A DNA stretch of 64,000 bases from a virus. Lineage: Duplodnaviria > Caudoviricetes. The notes under the pieces are model-generated. The model was not told where the DNA came from, did no database searches, and was given only the letters and a program-made list of their open reading frames with translations. The DNA lies in the IMG/VR virus record IMGVR_UViG_3300030104_006170, one strand, 5' to 3'. Numbering within the stretch: position 1 is the first letter of the stretch; the number at the start of each line of letters is the position of its first letter. Shown here piece after piece: positions 21,001-30,800 of the stretch. The translations under genes and the position numbers were made by a program.

Positions 21001-21192
21001 ACTAGTATTTTGTTTTCCCGGAGGTTGGATGCCGAAGGGTGGTGAAACAGGATTACCGTCAGCAAGATACGAACTTTGTAGATTTTTACCTAATAAAAAA
21101 ACACGTAACTTTTCGGTAGACGCTACATTGGGTCTATAAGGACCCTGCATCCCAAAAGCTTTTACACCACCTGTATTTAGACCTACTGACAT
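18085..21192 (-). CDS. Large baseplate / tail-tube-initiator-like protein
   Basis: C-terminal PPICVLRIGDFY...IDSVSFSYD...QPMIANVSMNFKYIGG resembles the tube-initiator fold of contractile systems; lies between tape measure and LysM genes. Confidence 0.6.
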   Translation of the reverse strand: MSVGLNTGGVKAFGMQGPYRPNVASTEKLRVFLLGKNLQSSYLADGNPVSPPFGIQPPGKQNTSIYERPVVDQKTVEELAPPNLTSLFLDNSYGPEGGFTDVQTINVKKVLPRRGLDYVTPNTLQPKSFVSSEYTSAEILETVNITNGIVNTLNSKILNDSELLQKSSGNLREQLGYNQGWNDLDLSDKGSFMFNVSANPGEKELDGTDFLSRITNLYYGYSNIPGNYFQGIFKPDINFLAKNGISFTGVFGNVQATANAIVNILSGGDNIPTNTVSNPVPSDRFISYMGPEQQKSLFTSLDFNKYRPDYSRVQLRDGVTNITPYYYLGSKNNEPSKVQSPMGAVPSDEFGRPINALVYGPSTLAKQLETVDGQPLWPFYMFGVQGYTYNDGGSLAGGWTWMGTQSFASTNAPYDLLATRSFQKPKRKGGILDETQKLIDSAPLMGGARRKHAGHAIDQTSKVFSDGYKEISKGSGVRFVDESSGVFGIGGGLVAREFCRTWTKDDPYWKMENLQRHKGNHLGKAGSVLTNTFNLNIAPIFGVNVDTEKTEKNVSKYMFSIENLAWRGTSELLKLPKSERGPQGGRIMWFPPYDLQVGDTNSAQWNSVNFLGRPEPIYTYNYTERIGTLNWKIVVDHPSILNTITENTLKGVPDYVADQALEAFFAGCKEYDIYELASIFPNLSVDDIISIQNDVTDEYNADPQGTMNNNTSGVNTPDNPNGQEGVIDLDATDPANEGVIDLDSGSSNNANANNGIPNNVQNTGMAGSFDDFWGQSQNQGENPPGEVQATANNQSGAGKEKKLDTAKILAKLLGEENYFNALKQDDEFIYNSLKRQLKHFHPAFHSMTPEGLNNRLSFLLQCTRPGNTIPTVNADGSLDSERDVDNTAFGAPPICVLRIGDFYHTKIAIDSVSFSYDPLIYDLNPEGIGVQPMIANVSMNFKYIGGQGLEAPVSELQNALSNNFFANTEMYNNRSIKTTTDEQKPLADEQEIILELEAQQAAAAQGEAQGNNTEGTSTDGDQSGNAWQNFWGTGP
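18965..19023. repeat. 20-bp exact direct repeat encoding EGVIDLD twice
   Basis: TCTAGGTCTATTACACCTTC at 18965-18984 and 19004-19023. Confidence 0.9.
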
Positions 21193-21256
21193 ATATTATT
21201 CTTTTATAATAAATAGATTGTAACGTAATTTCGTTAGGGTAATTGGACAAATAAGA

Positions 21257-23206
21257 TTATGCCCCTAATGACATAGCGTCATTTAGTAGTTTACCAGTTT
21301 CTAAAGCTACACCTCTATCCATTTGTAATAGTCTTAGGAAGTCTTGTCCATTCATCCTAGCTTCACCATTATTAACATCAATATTACCCTCTAACTTTAA
21401 ACTAAGAGGTCTCATTGTTGTGGTGTTAGTTGTATTATTTGTATTTTCTACTATACTTTTATTTAAAGTTTCTGTTCTACTTGCTATAGACGCATCAAGG
21501 TCTTCTCCTAATTTTACATTTCCTGCTTGTGCTGCTACTAAAATATCCCCTTTATCAAAAGTTGTGATACCTTCTTTAGTTATTATTGCGTCCTGTGCTT
21601 GCATTTTTTTTAACTGTTCTAGAGCTTGTTTGGCTCCTTCTGAACCAGCCTTTTCAATGTCTTGTGCAACACTTTCAATATCACCCCTACTCAAAGCGTC
21701 TAATTGTTCTTGGGAAAGAGAAGGCATTTCATTTGCTATCTTTTGGGTTAGGGTTTCTGTTCTTATAGCTTTATCCGCACCAAAACCCATTTCTTCTTTA
21801 ACTAAAAGTCTAATACCCGCGTCCATCGCTGCAAGATATTGGTTTGCTTTTTCTGCAACTGTAAGTTGTTGTTTATAGACATCAGAATCTGACATACCTT
21901 CTTTTCTTAACAACTCCATTTGTTCTTCGGTAACATTAGAAACATCAACCATTTCTTCAATACCTGGAATTTTTACTTGTGCAACTCCTCCCTCACCAAT
22001 CTTTGCCATAGAAGCTAATAACTCTTTATCAGTTTCTGTCATATCACTAAAGTCACCTATTTGATTGAAAACTTCGGCTCTCCTAGCTGACCTCACAGCT
22101 GTATCTGCTAAATCCTGGTAACTCATACCCATTTGTTCTGCCATAGCTTTTAACTGTCGTCTTTGTTCAGGTGATATTGAAAACTTGTTTTTCTCTTTGT
22201 CGAAGTAAACGGCAGAGGCTGCTGTATCTGCAATTGCCTCTTGTAGACCTTCTAGGTCATTAGTAGCCATGTACATTAATTTAAATGGGTCTGCTAAATC
22301 TCCAACAGCTCCTCCAATTACACTCATTTGTGCAGCAAAATCAATTGCACCTTCTGGGTCGAAGAATTTGTCCGCAAGACTAGTAACGGTACTCATTTCA
22401 ATACCTAATGCTTGTCCTCTCGCTACCATTCTAGCGAGTCCTTCTACACCTCTTTCAAAACCATAGGTATTAATTAATTTTAATTCGTCCCCAATATTAG
22501 CTAGGAATTTTTCCATTACTACCCCAAATTGTCTACCTGTTTGTAGAATTTCAGACATAGCATTATTTGTTTCATCTACTTTACCCATAGCAGTATCTAA
22601 ACTAAAACCAATAGTATCAAAACCTTCAGCAAATTTTCCAGCATCAAAACCTTCTAAAGTTTTAGTTAATAGTGCAGCTCTTTCTGTAACTTCGGGGGGT
22701 ATAAAAAGATTTCTTGAGATTTCTTGGGTCATTCCTTTGAATGTCTCAAATAAATCGTGTACGGTCATACCGAATTTAGAAGCCGACATTCCAGCTTCAG
22801 TCAGACCATCTACTGTGTCCATTAATTGTTCGTTGGACATTCCCAGGGTTTTAGATATATCTACCCTAAGTGTGTCTTCTAAAGCTAACATGTTTAAAAT
22901 TGCATCCATATTACCTTCAACGTCCATAGTTCCTTTCCTTATAGATTTGATAGCATTAGCCATAGCTTCTAAATCTCCCGCAGTTGTTTCTGTTTTGGGC
23001 ATCCTATCTTGAGCTAATTTATCAAGTTTTTGAAATAGTGTTCCTTGGGGTGGTGGTGAAGTATTACCTTGTGGTTGTTGTTGAGGTCCTATTTGTGCTG
23101 TCCAACTAGCTCTATTATAACCCGCGTCTTCAGCCGCTTGTCTATCTGCACTGGAGAGTGAGTTCCAAGGTGTTTTACTAGCTAAATTATCTGCAACACT
23201 TGCCAT
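21257..23206 (-). CDS. Tape measure protein (putative)
   Basis: 649-aa Ala/Met/Glu-rich helical protein directly downstream of the tail chaperones and tube gene. Confidence 0.7.
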   Translation of the reverse strand: MASVADNLASKTPWNSLSSADRQAAEDAGYNRASWTAQIGPQQQPQGNTSPPPQGTLFQKLDKLAQDRMPKTETTAGDLEAMANAIKSIRKGTMDVEGNMDAILNMLALEDTLRVDISKTLGMSNEQLMDTVDGLTEAGMSASKFGMTVHDLFETFKGMTQEISRNLFIPPEVTERAALLTKTLEGFDAGKFAEGFDTIGFSLDTAMGKVDETNNAMSEILQTGRQFGVVMEKFLANIGDELKLINTYGFERGVEGLARMVARGQALGIEMSTVTSLADKFFDPEGAIDFAAQMSVIGGAVGDLADPFKLMYMATNDLEGLQEAIADTAASAVYFDKEKNKFSISPEQRRQLKAMAEQMGMSYQDLADTAVRSARRAEVFNQIGDFSDMTETDKELLASMAKIGEGGVAQVKIPGIEEMVDVSNVTEEQMELLRKEGMSDSDVYKQQLTVAEKANQYLAAMDAGIRLLVKEEMGFGADKAIRTETLTQKIANEMPSLSQEQLDALSRGDIESVAQDIEKAGSEGAKQALEQLKKMQAQDAIITKEGITTFDKGDILVAAQAGNVKLGEDLDASIASRTETLNKSIVENTNNTTNTTTMRPLSLKLEGNIDVNNGEARMNGQDFLRLLQMDRGVALETGKLLNDAMSLGA

Positions 23207-23234
23207 ATTATAATAATTGTTTTATTATAAATAT

Positions 23235-23444
23235 TTAGAATCTGTTTTTACTCTTGTTTTTAGCTTGTTCCATAGCTTCATTCTTTTTTTGAAATTCTTC
23301 TGTTAAGAAGTTAACGTAAAATCTACGTTCGAATGTAGGCATTTGTAAGAGGTCGGACCACGCGATGTGGAGGTGTTTCATTAGATAATAGAATTCTTGC
23401 AATAGGGCATTCCTATATGCCGTAGAAAGGACGAAAAAACTCAA
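23235..23444 (-). CDS. gp51-like tail/hub assembly chaperone segment, probably expressed by +1 frameshift from the upstream ORF
   Basis: EFYYLMKHLHIAWSDLLQMPTFERRFYV resembles T4 gp51; only a TTG start, overlapping the end of 23413..24171 at a T6-CGT run. Confidence 0.7.
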   Translation of the reverse strand: MSFFVLSTAYRNALLQEFYYLMKHLHIAWSDLLQMPTFERRFYVNFLTEEFQKKNEAMEQAKNKSKNRF

Positions 23445-24171
23445 CCCCGAATGTAATTCTCGCGTTTATCTCTTCATTCGATGGAGTTAACACAGGGATA
23501 GTTAAATCTAGTGAAGGCGAGTTTTCTCTAATTACTTTTCTGATGTTTTGAGAATCTCGAATTGGCATTGTTTGAATAAATTGTGCGATAGTCATTGGGT
23601 CTCTTACTCCGTCTATTTCTTTAATTAACATTTCTAATTGTTTGGTCATGTAATTATTTACCGCAGCGTTTTTATTTTGTTCTTCTATTTGTTTTAGTGT
23701 TCTTTCGTGGTGTGGTGTTAAAAAAGATAATTTTACTTTTTTCTTGGATACTTCTAAGTAATGGTCAAATTCATTATTTTTGTCTAGTTCAACACCTACT
23801 TCATTAGTTTTTAACACGGATAAATCTATTGTTGTTTCAAAGGACTCTTTTGTTTTTGGGTCCGTTAAAGTAACTGTATAGTCAGCACCAAAAGCTGTAT
23901 TCCTTAAAAATACAAGTACAGCTTCTTTATCACATTCTGGCATATCCATAATATCTATATCTTTATCTAAAATTTTTCTAGATATTAACATATTGATTAA
24001 TTCACCATTAGCTTGTAATGATGGTGTTGCCAATAAATTTTCGTCTGAAGCATTTAAGTAGGTTACCTTTACAGATTTCTTTTTATTTTTATAAAAAACA
24101 CCCTGAGAAGGTAAACTTACCATGTCATAAGGTAAGATTGTTTCTGGTTGTTGGCCTAATTGTTCTTGCAT
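23413..24171 (-). CDS. Tail/baseplate hub assembly chaperone (T4 gp26-like)
   Basis: VSLPSQGVFY, KVTYLNASDENLL, LVFLRNTAFGADY, C-terminal FGVEFFRP; located between tube and tape measure genes. Confidence 0.75.
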   Translation of the reverse strand: MQEQLGQQPETILPYDMVSLPSQGVFYKNKKKSVKVTYLNASDENLLATPSLQANGELINMLISRKILDKDIDIMDMPECDKEAVLVFLRNTAFGADYTVTLTDPKTKESFETTIDLSVLKTNEVGVELDKNNEFDHYLEVSKKKVKLSFLTPHHERTLKQIEEQNKNAAVNNYMTKQLEMLIKEIDGVRDPMTIAQFIQTMPIRDSQNIRKVIRENSPSLDLTIPVLTPSNEEINARITFGVEFFRPFYGI

Positions 24172-24290
24172 AGCTTATAATTTAATTAATATATTATAAT
24201 AGTAAATACATATATTTAAGTTTTATTAATTTAAATAGATTGCGCTATAAGCATCTTAAAATATATAATTAAAGTCAAGTAATTTGCAAT

Positions 24291-24317
24291 AAAAAAGCCC
24301 TAACTAAAGGGCTTTTA
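24291..24317. terminator. Intrinsic terminator after the tail tube gene
   Basis: AAAAGCCCT-AACTAA-AGGGCTTTT hairpin with an A tract on the left and a T tract on the right. Confidence 0.75.
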
Positions 24318-24337
24318 TAAAATCTATTTAATTTGGT

Positions 24338-24826
24338 TTAGTAAACTAAGATACATCTATCTGGTCTTAAAGTGGCTGAAATATTTGCAAGACCGTCATC
24401 ACTATAACTTAAATCATTAAAGTTAACATCCGTTAAGAATGTTCCTTGTAGAATCCATTTTTCCACTACCACACCTGTTGGGTCTAGTAGTTCTAGGTCG
24501 ATGTTTTTCTTATAACCTGCAGCGTAACCCATTCTACCAGTTACAGATTCTGCGTGTGTTCTAACCCACTCCATAAGAGCTTGTGCTGCTGATGGTCCGA
24601 TTGGGTCTCTAAATGTTACGTTTATTGTGTTCCATACAAATCTACCTGCTACATAAGTAGAGGTGTTTAAGAACGGTACTTCTACAGAGTTAATTGTAAC
24701 TTGTGGTCTAGAAGTACTCTCTACATACCATTCATTAATTCCCAAAGAAGAGTCAAATCTCATGATAAACCTATTCTTTTTCTTTGGTTCATAAGGTATA
24801 GGCATTTTCATTAATAAGTCAGCCAT
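24338..24826 (-). CDS. Tail tube protein (T4 gp19-like)
   Basis: YEPKKKNRFIM, YVAGRFVWNTINVTFRD, LMEWV, GYAAGYKK, LDPTGVVVEKWILQG.F...LSY motifs. Confidence 0.9.
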   Translation of the reverse strand: MADLLMKMPIPYEPKKKNRFIMRFDSSLGINEWYVESTSRPQVTINSVEVPFLNTSTYVAGRFVWNTINVTFRDPIGPSAAQALMEWVRTHAESVTGRMGYAAGYKKNIDLELLDPTGVVVEKWILQGTFLTDVNFNDLSYSDDGLANISATLRPDRCILVY

Positions 24827-24895
24827 ATCTTTTTAATTTTTTGTTTTTACTTTTTTATTATATACTATAAATATATCGGGAATGAAAAAAATGTC

Positions 24896-25750
24896 TTAAT
24901 TGACTTGTTTTAATACTATTTTGTTCATTCCACCCTCAGATGTGTCATAAACTATAAAATCTACATCTGGAAATTCTACTTGTAACACCTCTTTTATAAA
25001 AGGAATTATAGCGTTTATATTACCCAAATCATCATCACTAAACCCAACCGATAGTTTTTCATTACCCATACTTACCATTTGAGAGGCTTTAGATACTATA
25101 TTTGTTACGTAATCTCTAAGTGCTATTTTTTTATTTTCTTCTGGATTTGCTGCGGAGCCACCCTCTAACCCAAATTTATCTGTAAATGTTTTGGATGTTA
25201 CTGGATGATATTCGTGTGAATCCAAATAAGTTTTTAATATTATTTCTGGGTTTTGACCATCTAATTCTGGATAAGTTTGTTGAATATTATCAATCATTCT
25301 ACCTAATTCTTCCTCATTAAATGTGTGGGCTATAACTAAATCCATACCTTTTCTTAAAACTATGGGGTCGTGTCCTCTAGCTGTTATAATTGATATTGGG
25401 TTTGCATATATTAAGGCCTCTTTAAATTTATCGAATGAAGGTGCGAATGAACCCATACCTAAAGCCTTTTCTAAATCCATTAGGAAAGCGTCTTCATCTA
25501 TAAAATTATCAAAAGCTCCTTCATCTAACTTATAATCATCACTATCCCTAACCAAAGCAAATTCTTCTGTCCCCACATTAACACCTACCCAACCATCATC
25601 GGTCTTCCTTAACATTTTAATAGTAGTGGGCATTTTAAGAATGTTATCATCCCAGTCAAAACTATATGCTCTAATACCATTAGACTGTTCCTCGATTAGT
25701 CCACCAATCCTTTTTAGTTGTTCTTTAGTTATTATTATCTGTTGTGACAT
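24896..25750 (-). CDS. HAD-superfamily phosphatase-like protein (likely start MSQQ at 25750)
   Basis: Motif I FDWDD, motif II ITARG, candidate motif III Lys (NPEENKK), motif IV GFSDDD; N-terminal IIITKEQLKRI motif. Confidence 0.65.
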   Translation of the reverse strand: MSQQIIITKEQLKRIGGLIEEQSNGIRAYSFDWDDNILKMPTTIKMLRKTDDGWVGVNVGTEEFALVRDSDDYKLDEGAFDNFIDEDAFLMDLEKALGMGSFAPSFDKFKEALIYANPISIITARGHDPIVLRKGMDLVIAHTFNEEELGRMIDNIQQTYPELDGQNPEIILKTYLDSHEYHPVTSKTFTDKFGLEGGSAANPEENKKIALRDYVTNIVSKASQMVSMGNEKLSVGFSDDDLGNINAIIPFIKEVLQVEFPDVDFIVYDTSEGGMNKIVLKQVN

Positions 25751-25770
25751 ATAATATAAATACAAATTAA

Positions 25771-25802
25771 TTTGGTTTAATCGACTTTTTTTATTATCTT
25801 TG
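25771..25802 (+). promoter_or_regulatory. Bacteroidota-type promoter for the lipoprotein cassette
   Basis: TTTG (25771-25774), 20 nt, TATCTTTG (25795-25802): exact -33/-7 consensus; ATG follows after 4 nt. Confidence 0.8.
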
Positions 25803-25806
25803 TAGT

Positions 25807-26385
25807 ATGAAAAATCTAATAAAAATATTATCTTTATTTCTACTATTAAGTTCTTGTATTAAAGAACCAATATACCCACCATGTACTACTACATACCCAA
25901 CAACACAGAATAATGGTGATTATGTAGAAAAAAATTTCCTAGATGGGTGTTGGGTTTTAAAAAGTGGTACAATGTATGTACAAAATTTAGATACTGAAGA
26001 AAATACCGAAATATTTTTATTTGATGGTGGATTAAATAGTAGTTTACGTTATGATGGAATATCTTTATTTTCTTTTGAAAATATTACTAGACATCAGACG
26101 ACTTGGTGTTTTAACTTTCCGGAAAATATTCCTGGTAATGGTAGTTTCACCATAGATGGAGATTCTATATATCCTTATGGTTTAAATGTAACAAATAACA
26201 ATATAACTGTTACTGAGGATGTTTCTGGTAATTACCAATTACTAGGTGGGTCGTCTAGACCAATTCACTATGAAGTAGTAAGTATGGAGAATAAAGTCAT
26301 TAATATTTATGTACAAGAAACTTATGAGAATATTTATGGATATAACTACTACTATTTTTCAAAACTAAGATTTAAAAAACTGTAA
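25807..26385 (+). CDS. Lipoprotein, beta-rich (possibly lipocalin-like)
   Basis: Signal peptide MKNLIKILSLFLLLSS followed by Cys17 (lipobox LSSC). Confidence 0.75.
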   Translation: MKNLIKILSLFLLLSSCIKEPIYPPCTTTYPTTQNNGDYVEKNFLDGCWVLKSGTMYVQNLDTEENTEIFLFDGGLNSSLRYDGISLFSFENITRHQTTWCFNFPENIPGNGSFTIDGDSIYPYGLNVTNNNITVTEDVSGNYQLLGGSSRPIHYEVVSMENKVINIYVQETYENIYGYNYYYFSKLRFKKL

Positions 26386-26443
26386 CTTATAGTTAAAAAA
26401 ATCGTATATATTAATAGAAGTTTAACCCTTTAAAATAAAAATT

Positions 26444-26680
26444 ATGTTAGAATATATTATACCTTATCTAATTGTGTCACAAATACTAATGTTTGTATTT
26501 TTGTTAATCAACGAAAAAGACATTTATAGTGGTTATCTATCGTTTGAGTCTAAACGAGGTGATAAACCTACAAACAAATGGTATGTGTTCTACATTATCA
26601 CACACATACTTAAAGCCCCTATATTGGCTCCGATGATATTAATTTTAATATTATTAAATGGTGGTAAGTTAGTTGAATAA
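26444..26680 (+). CDS. Small membrane protein with two hydrophobic segments
   Basis: 78-aa ORF with N- and C-terminal hydrophobic stretches, A-rich leader, ends just before a terminator. Confidence 0.65.
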   Translation: MLEYIIPYLIVSQILMFVFLLINEKDIYSGYLSFESKRGDKPTNKWYVFYIITHILKAPILAPMILILILLNGGKLVE

Positions 26681-26683
26681 AAT

Positions 26684-26706
26684 AAAAGGTCCTTTCGGAC
26701 CTTTTT
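26684..26706. terminator. Bidirectional intrinsic terminator between convergent genes
   Basis: AAAAGGTCC-TTTC-GGACCTTTT. Confidence 0.85.
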
Positions 26707-26708
26707 TA

Positions 26709-27107
26709 TTATTTTCTTCTAGACCTTTTTACTTTTCTAGATTCTGCCATTCTTCTTTTTGGTTTTCTAGATTCCATAAAGTCAGTACCTTTTTCATCAC
26801 GGTCTTCACGGTCTTCATCATACCCCATATCCTTTTTTAGATAACTTAAATGGTCCTCAATAGCCTTAACGTGGTCTTCCATAGACATTTCTTCTTTTTT
26901 ATCATGTCCTTCATCCTCTCCATAGTTATAAGTTTCTTCACCTTCACTGTCTTCTTCTAGATTTTCAGTTTCAAACATTTCTTTATATTTTGCGGTTGGT
27001 GTTCCCATTATACCGAAATTTTGTCCGTTTCCAGCTCCGAGGTTTTCTTTAACTAATTTTTCTATTAAGTTAACTAATTCTGCCTCTTTTAATTTAATCT
27101 TTTTCAT
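26709..27107 (-). CDS. Acidic probable internal head protein
   Basis: N-terminal MKKIKLKEAELVNLIEKLVKE motif, acidic body, basic tail. Confidence 0.6.
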   Translation of the reverse strand: MKKIKLKEAELVNLIEKLVKENLGAGNGQNFGIMGTPTAKYKEMFETENLEEDSEGEETYNYGEDEGHDKKEEMSMEDHVKAIEDHLSYLKKDMGYDEDREDRDEKGTDFMESRKPKRRMAESRKVKRSRRK

Positions 27108-27111
27108 ATTT

Positions 27112-27870
27112 TTAGATTTTTGATATAGGTTTTATTATTTGTTTCATCTTTTTTATATCCTCTTGGATTAATTTTTGTTTTTCTTTTTCAGATTCATTTT
27201 TCATAGATTTCTTAATAGCTTTATCTCTAGCCATTAAATAATCATCAGAGTCTATGTCTCCATCACCATCATGGTCTTTTTTCTTACCTTCATCCATTTC
27301 GTGGTGTCCCTCTTCCATATCATCCATTTCATATACATCACCATCTTGTCCATCATAACCTTCATCTAATTCTGGGTAAGGAAGTGGGTCTTTTAGTGAC
27401 TCAGGGTCTGCCATTGCTCTTTGGTCTCTACCAGATGCAATTGCGTCAGCCGTAATAGTCATAAAATTACCTAATTTAGTAATAGAGTTAGCTAATCTTT
27501 TTCTAGTATCACTATCTTTAATCATGTCATAAGCTTTCTTAACACCATTAATGATATTCTCAATACCATTAGCAGCAGCTACACCACGATTATATCCACC
27601 ACTATCAAACCCTTCTCCTAATAAATCATAAGAATAATCTTCAACACTTAAATCTAAATTTTCGTTTTTGATGGATTCTCTAATTAACTGGTGACATTCT
27701 TTAATAATTTGATTAATAGAATTTTGTTTTGATTCTTCTAACCTCATTAACAACCTATCTAATTGTTCTTCACTCAAAATAACATCCTGTCTTTTACCTT
27801 CCGTAAAAACTTTTTTATTAGTTTTAGGTTGTTTTAGACTTTCGTTTAATGTTTTTTTACTAAATTTCAT
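27112..27870 (-). CDS. Probable internal head protein
   Basis: VILSEEQLDRLL and LIQEDIKKMKQII motifs; DHDGDGDIDSDD EF-hand-like acidic loop. Confidence 0.6.
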   Translation of the reverse strand: MKFSKKTLNESLKQPKTNKKVFTEGKRQDVILSEEQLDRLLMRLEESKQNSINQIIKECHQLIRESIKNENLDLSVEDYSYDLLGEGFDSGGYNRGVAAANGIENIINGVKKAYDMIKDSDTRKRLANSITKLGNFMTITADAIASGRDQRAMADPESLKDPLPYPELDEGYDGQDGDVYEMDDMEEGHHEMDEGKKKDHDGDGDIDSDDYLMARDKAIKKSMKNESEKEKQKLIQEDIKKMKQIIKPISKI

Positions 27871-27891
27871 ATCTCTGTTTTGTTATAAATA

Positions 27892-30800
27892 TTATATATC
27901 TTCAAAAGACGCCCCTGTAGGAGTTATTAAGAACTCAACAAATATATATTCTAACGCTCTGGTAGGTTTAATATAAATCTTACCATTCATTTCATTTCTA
28001 TCTATTTCTTCAGGGTCATTAGAAAGTACTACTCTAAAGTCTGTTAAACCTCTATCTCTTCTTATAGAGTCTAGAATTGGGTTAACTAGGTCTAAGAATT
28101 GTTGTCTCACTATGTCATCATTCTGTTCAAATATTAATCTCACTGAAACAGCCGAAATTAATTTTCTAGTTTGTAATAGTAATCTTCTAACATTAATTCT
28201 ATCTAAAGCAGATTCTCTAATCTGTAAAGTTTTATTACCCCAGATAATTGGACCTACATCACTGAATGTCGCGATAGGGTTAAGTCTACCTACATATAAT
28301 GTATCTCTTTCATCTAAAGTCAGTTTCTTTCTCGCTTTAACCGCGTCAACTAAACCTCTTGTATATCCTGCCGAAGCGAACCATGGGAATGAAATATTAT
28401 CTGTTAATGCGATATTTCTCATTACCTCTGCTGTTGGTGGGATGTAAATTTGTTTATTGTTGGCTGTGTCTCTTACTTGTATCCAAGGATAATAAGTAGC
28501 TGTGTAGTTAGAATCGATTAATGAATCTTCTAAATTATCTACAGCTTCTTCTGGAGTAACTTGGTTTGTTGTGTCTGTTGTGTCAGCTACAAACATATTA
28601 TAGTCTGGTGTTGTTACAACATATAAAGAGTCAGCTCTTTGTGTTTCTACCATATCTATAGCTTCATTTACTAAACCTAAGTTATCTACATAATCTAGAC
28701 CTGGTGTGGTAAACACATTAATATCTACCGATTCTGGGTTATTAAATGTTTCTATACCTCTTAAGAATGCAAAATAATCTGTATTTGCCTCTACAGAACT
28801 TAGTTTCTTAAATGTTCCCAGTCCTGTACCTAATGGGAAATCACTACTAGTACATGCTCCAGCTAAGAATCCACTTAAGCCCATTCTGTAGTCATCACTA
28901 TTAGACCTAGTTTTTCTGTAAATATCCCAACCATCGAAACCACCATGTGGTGCGACAGTAAACTTACGACTTCTAAGTTTTTTATATGGTTCAGTACTTA
29001 AAGTTGGTTCAGTGTTAAACTGACCTGCTCCACAATCAAATACTGGTAAACCATTTAATGTTGTTCCTGTCCAGTCAGTGTAAGCTCCACTACCACCAAT
29101 TACTACAGTAGCTCCAGAATCCATGTGGAATCCTTTTGTTATTACATTCCAATCACCACCGTCCGCTGCTGTACATAATGTAGTCGGTACTTGTTTTCCT
29201 TTGTAGTTAAAGAAATCTGGGTCGTAAGCTGCTCCAGAACTGTTAGATACCCCTAGATAAACTTTACTTACCTTATCACCACCACTAACTGTTTGGTTAT
29301 TTACTGTACCACTACCGAAAGGTGGGTCAAAAATTGTTTCACCTGGTTTGTAGTATTTTGTTTTATAAACTAATTTAGGGTTTGTAGGACATGTTCCATA
29401 AGCTCTAAATCTATACCCCTCAAATCCTGCTGGTACTGAATTAGCAAATGTTCCATCTAATAAACCTTCACCTAAATACAACATAGTGTACTTAGACTTT
29501 AATTCAAACTCACCCGTAGATGTACCTATTTTTCTACCAATAAAAGAGACTTTTGTTGGGTCTAAACTACATCTTGTATACTTTTCAAGTACATTTGGAT
29601 TGGCATCTGTATCATAGAAATCTCTTACTAGAATATCGAACTCACCTCTCTCAAACGACATATTAATCAATGAAATTTTAATTTCTTTGTTTGCTGCTGT
29701 ACCATCCGATATAGAAACAAATTTAAATAATCTATATACATCAGTACCTTGTAACTCAGAAACAATCCATGGTGTTTCAGGTGTTGTCCATTGGTGCATG
29801 TACCAAGCTATAGTATTTGTGTTTGTTGTATTTCTCGCGGAAGGTAAGTATTGTAAACAACACTGTAACCCTCTTACTTTTCCTTTTTTCCAAGCATCTG
29901 TTAACAAAGCTGGATAAGTTTCCTCTACGAATAAAGGAACCTCTTCTTTTTTCTTATCAAAAGGACTTCTACCAAATACTCTAGAAACGTAGTCTTGTGA
30001 GGTATTACTCATAGAAGTTTTAAATGTATAAGATGTACCATTGACAGTTCCAGCACTTATACCAAACGAAGCGAATGGATTTTCCATAACTTTATAGTAA
30101 TCTCCACTACACTGCATGTTAACAGTATTTGCACTAATAGAATATACTGGACCACCCGAGGCTTTATCACTTAATCCTCTAGACCTTAAAGTTAATACTA
30201 CCATACCATCATATTCTGTTTCAGCTGATAAATTTGTATAACTAACGTAGTCCATATATACTGTACCAGAATATACTACTGTACCAGCTGTTGTTGTTCC
30301 TGTTGCTGCTGTATAAGTTGTTGCTGTTGTTGCCGGTGTACCACTAACATATATCTGGTATGAAACACCACTATATGTAGAACCTGTACAACAAGTAGTA
30401 CTATTGTCATTATCAAATAAAGCGTAGTACCAAGCATCATTTTTGTATGATTCCCAATCACTACATTCACTACCCAAGACGTTAGTCACTGTTACTGCTG
30501 ATGAATTAGCTGATAATGAAGTGAAAGTTGCTGCTGTAGCTGTATTAGTTGTTGCACTTGGTATACAACCATATTGATAAACTATTGGACATGGCCAAGC
30601 AGTTGCTCCGGTTACAGTAGAAGATGACATTGACGTACCTGTAAAACATAAAGTATTGGCTGCTGTTTTAACTGATAAACTCGCAGAGAAGAAATCAAGG
30701 AATGATTGTTTTAACGTTGGTAGTGTAGTTCCGTTCGTTAATGTTACTGTTTCACCTAAATCGGTATCAGTATCAGATTTTCTAAAGTGATTTAATACCA

